Positions 37,017 through 43,611 of a stretch of 64,000 nucleotides of DNA are shown here, in pieces. A program made the position numbers and the translations under genes. The number at the start of each line of letters is the position of its first letter. Position 1 is the stretch's first letter. The stretch lies in assembly GCA_963704935.1 (NCBI GenBank), contig CAVPIF010000003.1, positions 1,128,004 through 1,192,003 on the forward strand, in the 5' to 3' direction. The stretch comes from an uncultured Chloroflexia bacterium (GTDB lineage Bacteria > Chloroflexota > Limnocylindria > Limnocylindrales > CSP1-4). The notes under the pieces were generated by a model. That model did no database searches, had not been told where the DNA came from, and saw only the letters and a list, made by a program, of their open reading frames with translations.

Positions 37017-38228
37017 CTATGGCATGGGCCGCGCACTCCGTGCCGGGCCGACGATCCCCTCCTCGTAGGCCCTGAGAAGGTCGAACAGCTCGGTCGCTGC
37101 GTACTGGCGGTCGTACGTGCCCTCGCTCAGCTGGCGGATGACCCCAGCCTCGGCCAGCGCCTTGAGCGCGGCGAGCGTCTGCTGCTGGCTGACGCCGATC
37201 GCCGCGCGGGCGGTCGGCGCGGACAGCGCCGGCAGCGCGGGGAGCAGCGCGATGAGCTTGCTCGCCGCTGATCCAGCCCTTGGGCGGCCGGCGCGCTCAC
37301 GCCACTCGCTCTGGAGCGCCGCCACCTGGTCCGCGAGCTCGATCGACGCGGCCGCCGCTCGCCCGGCTGCCTCGGAGAAGGAGCCGATCCACGCGGCAAC
37401 GCGCCCTTCGCGGAACGCCGTGAGCCCCTCGACGTAGGCGGTGGGCCGGGCCGCCAGGACGATGCTGACCGGCGGGACAAACCGGGCGGCGACACCGCGG
37501 CGCCGCAGCACCACGTGGATGAGGGCCCGGCCGACGCGGCCGTTGCCGTCGATGAAGGGGTGGATGGTTTCGAACTGCGCGTGGGCGATGGCCGCCTGCG
37601 CCACCGCGGGCAGGTCGTCCCGGGCGACGAAGGCAGCGAGGTCCTCAAGCAGCGGCATGACGATGTCCTCGGGCGGCGGCACGAAGACCGCATCGGACGG
37701 GTTCCCGAGCCGGCCACCGATCCAGTTCTGCTCCTCGCGCACTCGGCCGGGTCGCGCCCGCTCGTCGCCCGCCATGAGCACCGCGTGGATCGCCAGCAGG
37801 TCGGCGACGGTCACCGGCTCCGTGCGGTCCCCGATCGTGATCGCCTCCTCCATCGCGGACACGTTCGCCGCGACGATCCTGGCGCTGCCCCGTGCCGCCC
37901 GAGGGTCGATCAGCGCCCGGGCGAGGTTGAGCGAGGAGACGTCGTAGCCCTCGATCCGGGACGACGCCACGGCCTCCGATCGCAGGAGCAGCGGGCCGAT
38001 CGCTTCGAGGCCGCCCACCGAGGCGCGCTCGTTGAGCGCCCGGATCGCCGCCTCCGCATCCGCCGACAGGTCGGCGACTTCGAACGGGACGACGGGGCTG
38101 AGCGCGGCGATCTCGTCAGGGACGAATGCCTGGTACCGGAACGAGGCACGCGCCCGGCGTCCACCCACCGCGCCAGGGTCTCCTTCCCAAGTCCGCTCGA
38201 CGGTCCTCGGCACACGGCCTCCTGTCAC
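37017..38228 (-). CDS. Fic-family protein, copy 2 (identical to copy 1)
   Basis: The 403-aa translation is identical to 25726..26937, at an offset of 11291 nt. Confidence 0.95.
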   Translation of the reverse strand: MTGGRVPRTVERTWEGDPGAVGGRRARASFRYQAFVPDEIAALSPVVPFEVADLSADAEAAIRALNERASVGGLEAIGPLLLRSEAVASSRIEGYDVSSLNLARALIDPRAARGSARIVAANVSAMEEAITIGDRTEPVTVADLLAIHAVLMAGDERARPGRVREEQNWIGGRLGNPSDAVFVPPPEDIVMPLLEDLAAFVARDDLPAVAQAAIAHAQFETIHPFIDGNGRVGRALIHVVLRRRGVAARFVPPVSIVLAARPTAYVEGLTAFREGRVAAWIGSFSEAAGRAAAASIELADQVAALQSEWRERAGRPRAGSAASKLIALLPALPALSAPTARAAIGVSQQQTLAALKALAEAGVIRQLSEGTYDRQYAATELFDLLRAYEEGIVGPARSARPMP

Positions 38229-38367
38229 AACCCTTCAGTCTCTTTGCATAAATGAAGGAATAAGACGAGGCTGCACCCATAACCCTTCAATGTCAACTGG
38301 AAATCCAAGGGAAGCGAGGGGCGCCAATGTCGCGACGCAGGTGTCGCCGATCTCGCAACTCAAGAAT

Positions 38368-38383
38368 TGGTCGGGGCGAGAGG
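38368..38383 (+). repeat. att-like exact copy of the 3'-terminal 16 nt of tRNA-Pro(CGG)
   Basis: TGGTCGGGGCGAGAGG in the same context as 27077. Confidence 0.75.
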
Positions 38384-38463
38384 GATAGCCCCGCCACCAA
38401 CGACCTTCCCATCACGATGCGGCTCGCTGAGCCGTCAGAGCCGCTCGAGCTGGTCCGCAGCGC

Positions 38464-38712
38464 ATGACGCGACGGTCATCCCGCCACGCCGCCGAACTTG
38501 CCACCGACCGTGAGGTCGGGGTGGTCGCCGCCGTCATCGCGGCTGGCTCCGAGAAGGCGGCTGCTCACCGCCTGGGCCTGTCGCACTCGACCGTGAAGCA
38601 CCATCTGGCGAATGCGCGGTGCAAGGTGGGGGCGGAGACGACGGCGCAGTTGGTATGGATCCTCGGTCCGCGGCTGCCGCAGCCGGACGGCGCGGCACAA
38701 GCGGACGACTGA
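38464..38712 (+). CDS. Small LuxR/GerE-type HTH protein (copy L3)
   Basis: MTRRSSRHAAELATDREVGVVAAVIAAGSEKAAAHRLGLSHSTVKHHLANARCKVGAETTAQLVWILGPRLPQPDG. Confidence 0.85.
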   Translation: MTRRSSRHAAELATDREVGVVAAVIAAGSEKAAAHRLGLSHSTVKHHLANARCKVGAETTAQLVWILGPRLPQPDGAAQADD

Positions 38713-38793
38713 GACCGGCAGGACACGTGGACAGCTCTTGACCGAGCGGGCCGCACGGCACAGGATGATGGTCTGATCACATGGCAGGGGACA

Positions 38794-39006
38794 GTGCCGA
38801 TGACCGGGAACATCGCGGTAGCCGCCGTTTACATCGCCTTCGCAGTCGCGTGGGTCATCGGGGCTTGGCTGGTCGGCGTGACCGCCGGCAGGCGGGGATA
38901 CAGCCCGGTGGTGTGGGGCGTCTTCTCGCTCGTCGTGTCGCCCGTCGTCGGGGTGGTGCTGCTCGCCCTCGTCACGCCCAGGCGCGGGCCTCGGGCGGGA
39001 TCGTAA
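38794..39006 (+). CDS. Hypothetical small two-TM membrane protein
   Basis: 70-aa ORF ending in TAA, with IAVAAVYIAFAVAWVIGAWLVGV and VVWGVFSLVVSPVVGVVLLALV. Confidence 0.5.
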   Translation: MPMTGNIAVAAVYIAFAVAWVIGAWLVGVTAGRRGYSPVVWGVFSLVVSPVVGVVLLALVTPRRGPRAGS

Positions 39007-39060
39007 GGCGATCGGGCAGCCGACTGACCATCAGACGTCCCGTCGCCCCACACTTGGGGC

Positions 39061-39330
39061 ATGACGGCGAGCTGGTCCGATCCACACCATGCGTAGGCTC
39101 CCGGATCCCCCACCTGGTCAGAAAAGGCGGCGGCCCATCGGCTCGGCCTGTCGCAATCGACGGTCAAACACCATCTGGCGAATGCGCGATCGAAGGTCGG
39201 AGCGGTGACGACGGCGCAGCTGGTCTGGATCCTCGGCCCGCGGCTGCCTGAGCCCGAGGGTCTGGCCCAAACGGACGAGCAGCGGCTTGTGAGGCATACC
39301 CGGCGGGAATCTCGACACGGAACGCCTTGA
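39061..39330 (+). pseudogene. Degenerate small LuxR gene (F3) with junction-block-type 5' end and premature stop
   Basis: ATGACGGCGAGCTGGTCCGATCCACACCATGCGTAG (MTASWSDPHHA-stop), then in frame ..SEKAAAHRLGLSQSTVKHHLANARSKVGAVTTAQLVWILGPRLPEPEGLAQTDE.. with the normal stop replaced by CAG. Confidence 0.6.
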
Positions 39331-39340
39331 CGGGGACGCT

Positions 39341-39364
39341 GTCTCCGCACGACGATGCGGAGAC
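39341..39364 (+). terminator. Perfect 8-bp stem hairpin after the degenerate LuxR copy (possible intrinsic terminator, no U-tract)
   Basis: GTCTCCGC-acgacgat-GCGGAGAC. Confidence 0.35.
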
Positions 39365-39413
39365 GGGCCGTGGGGCAGCCGACCGCCGATGACCGAGAGA
39401 GGGGGGGACTTCG

Positions 39414-39953
39414 ATGAGCACCGACGGGATTGACACCCTGACCGACGGAGTGATCACGCTTCGACCGTGGCGGCACGATAACTGGCGGGCGGTCTTTCAT
39501 GCCTGCCAGGACGACCTGATTGCGCGCTTCACGCCGATTCCACTTCCCTACACGGAGGACTCGGCGCACGGCTTCATCTCGATGTGCGAGGACGCTTGGA
39601 CGACGGGCCGCGAGCATCCGTTCGCCATCGCCGACGCCGCCACCGACGCCGTGCTCGGCTCGATCACCCGGCACGCCCCGTGGGGCCACTCCGTCCAGTT
39701 CGGCTACTGGGTCGCGGCGGAGGCGCGGGGCCGGGGCGTCGCCACCCGCGCGCTCCGGCTGATCGCCGACTGGACGCTCGCCACCACGGACCTGGTCCGG
39801 CTCGACCTCTACACGCACCCGGAGAACCACGTCTCCGGCCGCGTGGCGCTGGGGGCCGGCTTCGCCCTCGAGGGCGTGCGGCGGGCGTGGGAACTCGACC
39901 GGGACGGCAACCCCGAGGACGCGATCTTCTACGTACTCGTCCGGGGCGCGTAG
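39414..39953 (+). CDS. GNAT-family N-acetyltransferase (RimJ/RimL-like)
   Basis: ITLRPWRHDNW..FGYWVAAEARGRGVATRALRLIADW..NHVSGRVALGAGFALEG. Confidence 0.9.
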   Translation: MSTDGIDTLTDGVITLRPWRHDNWRAVFHACQDDLIARFTPIPLPYTEDSAHGFISMCEDAWTTGREHPFAIADAATDAVLGSITRHAPWGHSVQFGYWVAAEARGRGVATRALRLIADWTLATTDLVRLDLYTHPENHVSGRVALGAGFALEGVRRAWELDRDGNPEDAIFYVLVRGA

Positions 39954-39993
39954 CGTGCGGCTCCTGCACGCGCACGCTGCGCGCGCTGAGCGC

Positions 39994-40239
39994 ATGACAC
40001 GACGGCCGTCCCGCCCCGCCGGATGCGCCACCGACCGCGAGCTCGCGGTGGTCGCCGCGGTCCTCGCCGCCGGATCCGAGAAGGCGGCCGCCCACCGCCT
40101 TGGCTTGGCGCACTCGACCGTCAGGCACCACTTGGCGAACGCCCGGTCGAAGGTGGGAGCGACGACCACGGCCCAGCTGGTCTGGATCCTGGCGCGGCGG
40201 CTGCCTGAGCCCGAGGCCGCGGTCCAAACGGAGGAGTAG
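39994..40239 (+). CDS. Small LuxR/GerE-type HTH protein (copy L4)
   Basis: MTRRPSRPAGCATDRELAVVAAVLAAGSEKAAAHRLGLAHSTVRHHLANARSKVGATTTAQLVWILARRLPEPEAAVQTEE. Confidence 0.85.
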   Translation: MTRRPSRPAGCATDRELAVVAAVLAAGSEKAAAHRLGLAHSTVRHHLANARSKVGATTTAQLVWILARRLPEPEAAVQTEE

Positions 40240-40268
40240 CGCCTACCCGCCGATGACGTTGCGAGCCC

Positions 40269-41108
40269 TCAGCCGCCCGCTGGCTTGATGGCCGTGGCGA
40301 TCGCAAGTAGCTGGTCGAGGGTCATGTCCGCCTCGTTGCCGACCAGCGCGACGCCATCCGGGCCGACCATCCACTGCAGCAGCAGCTCGCCCGACTCGGG
40401 CTCGCGCAGGAGCACGCCCGGGCTGCCGCCGATCTGGACGGTGCTCCGCTCCGGGCCGCCGCCGATCTGGGTCGCCGCGCCGAACGCCTGGTAGAGGTCG
40501 AGCTGGCCCCGGCCGCGGTTGCTACCAGTCACGTGCGAGCCGGCCGGGGCGTAGACGCGCACCCAAAGCGGGGGCTCGGCCGCCGGCTCGTCGCCCGACC
40601 ATTGCAGCTGCCACCCCGACGGCAGGACCTGCGGCTCCGCGAGGCCGGAAGGCGGCCTGACCCACAGGGTCCCGCCGGCGACGTCGTGGACCGTGGAGCC
40701 GGTGAACGGGGCCGGCAGAAGCAGGTGGAAGGTGTACCCGTGGCCGACGGCGGCGCAGGCCACGTTCGGCGGCGCCGTCGCCTGGTCGGGGTGCGGGACG
40801 AGCACCACCGCAACCTGGAGGTCGGGGCCTGCGGTTGCCACCCACGGCGCGTAGTCGGTCGAGCAGAAGTCCCCCGGCGTGTACGCGAGGCCGCCGGTGA
40901 AGCTGAGCGTCAGCGTCCGGCCGTCGGCGCTGATCGTCGCGTCGTCGACGCGGGTCTGCTGGTCGGCCGGTGGCTCCGGCGGGTAGTCGGGGCCGAAGGT
41001 CTGCTCGTAGGGCTTCGGCGACGACGGCGGCGCTCCAGGTCCCGCCGAGCATGCCGCGGCGACAACCGCCAGCACCACAACCGCCATCCACCGCGACAAC
41101 TCGGACAC
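40269..41108 (-). CDS. Hypothetical lipoprotein
   Basis: Signal peptide plus lipobox (VVLAVVAAACSAG). 279 aa. No family recognised. Confidence 0.7.
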   Translation of the reverse strand: MSELSRWMAVVVLAVVAAACSAGPGAPPSSPKPYEQTFGPDYPPEPPADQQTRVDDATISADGRTLTLSFTGGLAYTPGDFCSTDYAPWVATAGPDLQVAVVLVPHPDQATAPPNVACAAVGHGYTFHLLLPAPFTGSTVHDVAGGTLWVRPPSGLAEPQVLPSGWQLQWSGDEPAAEPPLWVRVYAPAGSHVTGSNRGRGQLDLYQAFGAATQIGGGPERSTVQIGGSPGVLLREPESGELLLQWMVGPDGVALVGNEADMTLDQLLAIATAIKPAGG

Positions 41109-41217
41109 CCCAATGCAGCGGGCCTCCCGCAGGCCTCCTCACAGGATGTCGGACGCGGACGGGAACGCGCAAGTTCCGTTTGACTCCATGGCTTCCGATC
41201 GAGCCCGGTCTGGAACC

Positions 41218-41354
41218 CATGGCCCAAACGGCCAACTAGAAACCGCGGCCCGGCGCCGCCACCCTTCCGTCATGACGGCGCGCTGGTCTGATCCACACCG
41301 ACTCCCGGGTCCCCCCGCCGGGTACGTCCGCGCCGTCAACGCCGCAGGTGCCCG
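41218..41354 (+). repeat. Junction block copy P_e preceding lysis cassette 3
   Basis: CATGGCCCAAACGGCCAACTAGAAACCGCGG..CATGACGGCGCGCTGGTCTGATCCACACCGACTCCCGGG... It is preceded by GAGCCCGGTCTGG, which resembles the LuxR 3' end. Confidence 0.75.
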
Positions 41355-41480
41355 GTGAGCGGGATCGAGCTGATCCTCGCCTTCCTCGCCGGCGTCGCCA
41401 TGGGGATCGCCCTCGACCGCTGGCTGCTGCCAACCCTCGTCGATGCCTGGATCGACCGACTGCGCCGGCATGGGCAATGA
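41355..41480 (+). CDS. Lysis cassette 3, gene 1: 41-aa single-TM peptide (GTG start)
   Basis: (M/V)SGIELILAFLAGVAMGIALDRWLLPTLVDAWIDRLRRHGQ. Confidence 0.5.
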   Translation: MSGIELILAFLAGVAMGIALDRWLLPTLVDAWIDRLRRHGQ

Positions 41481-41703
41481 GCATCGTGACCATGCAGCGG
41501 ACCACCGCACCCGGGCCGACGACTACTCCTCGGCCCGGATCGGGGCCGCGGCCGCACTCACGATCGTCCTGGTCGTGCTCCTCATCCTCGATGTCGTCGT
41601 CCCCGGCTACGACGTGTCGCCTGGGACCCTCCTCCCCCTTCTCGGCGCGATCCTCGCGCTCCTGGGGCTCGAGGCCTCGGCCTTCTGGCGGGGCGTGAGA
41701 TGA
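41470..41703 (+). CDS. Lysis cassette 3, gene 2: two-TM holin-like protein
   Basis: MGNEHRDHAADHRTRADDYSSARIGAAAALTIVLVVLLILDVVVPGYDVSPGTLLPLLGAILALLGLEASAFWRGVR. Confidence 0.55.
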   Translation: MGNEHRDHAADHRTRADDYSSARIGAAAALTIVLVVLLILDVVVPGYDVSPGTLLPLLGAILALLGLEASAFWRGVR

Positions 41704-41936
41704 CGACGGTCACGGCCCTCCTCACCAACAAGGCCTACGGCTACCCGACCCGGGGAGCCCGGCGGCGCCGGAAGCCGACGATCCTGGCTTGCCTGCACCA
41801 GACCGCCAACGCCAAGGCGACGGCCATCCAGGAGCGCGCCTACGCCAATCGGGCAGGCTCGCGTGGCCCCTCCTCTCGACATTGGCCATCGGCATTGGCG
41901 CCGGGCTCGGCCTTGTCCGTGGTCCGTCGGCAGTGA
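41700..41936 (+). pseudogene. Lysis cassette 3, gene 3: truncated amidase (first ~53 codons only)
   Basis: MTTVTALLTNKAYGYPTRGARRRRKPTILACLHQTANAKATAIQERAYANRAGS matches copy 1. Similarity is lost at ~41860 and a stop follows at 41936. Confidence 0.75.
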
Positions 41937-42123
41937 CCTCGGAGCGCCCCGTCTGGTTCGCGCTTGCGACCGCGGTCCGCGCCGTGGTGATCGGCCTGAC
42001 CCTGAGCCTCGGCGGCTTGCTCCTCGGTATCCCTGTGGCGATGCCTCCGGTGGAGGACGGCGAGCGGCCGGCGGCCCCGGCCGACCCATAGTCAGGCCGC
42101 ACGGACAGGAGTAGGCTGCGTCC

Positions 42124-43299
42124 GTGGTTGACCAGGGAGGGACGACCCAGCGGCTCGCGGCAGTGCTGGGCGGCGCGCTCCTGGTGTTCACGGTCAGCGG
42201 ATGCGCCGGCGGGTCGCCATCGCCCTCCGCATTCGCCTCCCCGTCTGGGGAGCCTACGACGCCTTCACCATCTGCTTCAGCCTCCTCGGAGCCCAGCGTT
42301 CCCGCCGCAGGGACCTGGATCCCGACGCCAGGCATGGTGGCCGAGCGCTCCGATCACACGGCTACCCTCCTGAACGATGGCACCGTGCTGGTGGCCGGCG
42401 GGGAGGGCAACGCCTCCCCCCCGCCCGCATCCGCGGAGATCTATGACCCGATCGCCGGGACATGGACGGCCATCGCCGATATGCACCGCGGCAGGCGCGG
42501 CCACACTGCCACGCTGCTGCTGGACGGCAGGGTCCTCGTGGTAGCAGGCGACTGCGACGAGGTCAACCACGTCGGCTCGGCCGAGCTGTACGACCCCGAG
42601 ACGCGGACCTGGACCATGACCGCGAGCCCGACCGGGGAGGCCTGCGGCAATCAGACAGCCACCCTGCTGAGCGACGGAACGGTCCTGCTGGCGGGCGGCG
42701 AGGGCATTGCCATCGATTCCTCGTTTGCCTGGGCCGAGCTGTATGACCCGGACACCGAAACCTGGACCGTAACCGGGAACATGATCGAGGACCATCACGG
42801 GCATACGGCCACGCTGCTGCTCGACGGCACGGTGCTGGTGGTGGGCGGTGGCCGCAGCGACGGTTCCCCGGTCGGGGCCGAGCTGTACGACCCGCGCACC
42901 AGGACCTGGACCGCTGCGGGAGCCGTTCTTGGAGGGCACCACAATCATGCGGCCACGCTGCTGCCCGATGGCAGGGTGCTGGTGTCGGGAACCGGCGGAG
43001 GCGGGGCGCAGGTGTCGGCCGAGCTATACGACCCTGACAGCCGGTCCTGGACAGCGGCCGCACCCATGCTCGAGGACCGCTCCGGTCACACCGCCGCACT
43101 GCTACTGGATGGTCGCGTGCTCGTAGCTGGCGGCCAAGGATCCGCTGAGCTGTATGACCCCGAAACAGGGTCCTGGGCTGCCGCCGCTCCGGCTGGGGGA
43201 AGCGCCGCCGAGACCGCAACGCTTCTGGATGATGGTCGAGTGCTGGTCGTTGGCGGCGTAAGCGCCAGCCTGTTCGACCCCGGCGATCAGCCAACGTAG
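42124..43299 (+). CDS. Kelch-repeat lipoprotein, copy 2
   Basis: 391 aa, the same length as copy 1, with ~20 amino-acid differences. The duplicated segment is 42091..~43313, matching 15893..~17115 at an offset of 26198. Confidence 0.85.
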   Translation: MVDQGGTTQRLAAVLGGALLVFTVSGCAGGSPSPSAFASPSGEPTTPSPSASASSEPSVPAAGTWIPTPGMVAERSDHTATLLNDGTVLVAGGEGNASPPPASAEIYDPIAGTWTAIADMHRGRRGHTATLLLDGRVLVVAGDCDEVNHVGSAELYDPETRTWTMTASPTGEACGNQTATLLSDGTVLLAGGEGIAIDSSFAWAELYDPDTETWTVTGNMIEDHHGHTATLLLDGTVLVVGGGRSDGSPVGAELYDPRTRTWTAAGAVLGGHHNHAATLLPDGRVLVSGTGGGGAQVSAELYDPDSRSWTAAAPMLEDRSGHTAALLLDGRVLVAGGQGSAELYDPETGSWAAAAPAGGSAAETATLLDDGRVLVVGGVSASLFDPGDQPT

Positions 43300-43445
43300 G
43301 CCTGGCCCGATCGAGTGAGGCCCGAGCCGCCCTCGGACGTCCTGGGGGTGACCGACTGCACGTTCACGCTGACCGCTCATGCGAATGCGCGAGGCTGGGA
43401 CGCGGCCTTCGGGGGCGGCGTCGTCCGCGTGAAAGAAGGTGAGTC

Positions 43446-43522
<77 letters not shown>

Positions 43523-43611
43523 ACCGAGGGTGCTCGTTTGACAGAGCCTGCGGATGATACCAAAGGCCCGCCCGAACGCGCCGACGGGGAGCCTCGCCGC
43601 CCGGATAGCCT

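Larger units (their letters stand above)
27077..38367. mobile_element. Island unit B of the tandem array (no recombinase recognised)
   Basis: Bounded by exact 16-mers at 27077 and 38368. Order: LuxR, three cargo modules separated by LuxR 3' fragments, junction block, lysis cassette 2, cupredoxin/TetR/membrane cargo, HNH, Zn-ribbon ORF, Fic. Confidence 0.6.
38368..43445. mobile_element. Island unit C of the tandem array, adjacent to the intact tRNA
   Basis: Bounded by the 16-mer at 38368 and the tRNA 3' end at 43446. Order: LuxR, small membrane protein, degenerate LuxR, GNAT, LuxR, lipoprotein, junction block, truncated lysis cassette 3, Kelch lipoprotein copy 2. Confidence 0.55.

Noticed and set aside
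38829-40169. A 446-aa minus-strand ORF spanning the GNAT and LuxR genes
   Set aside because: It is antisense to several independently supported plus-strand genes and has low-complexity Arg/Pro-rich composition.
11812-41354. Regularly recurring LuxR-derived repeats considered as a possible CRISPR-like array
   Set aside because: The repeat units are 70-250 nt of protein-coding origin. Their spacing is 0.8-8 kb and the intervals hold full genes. No short palindromic repeat, leader or cas genes are present.
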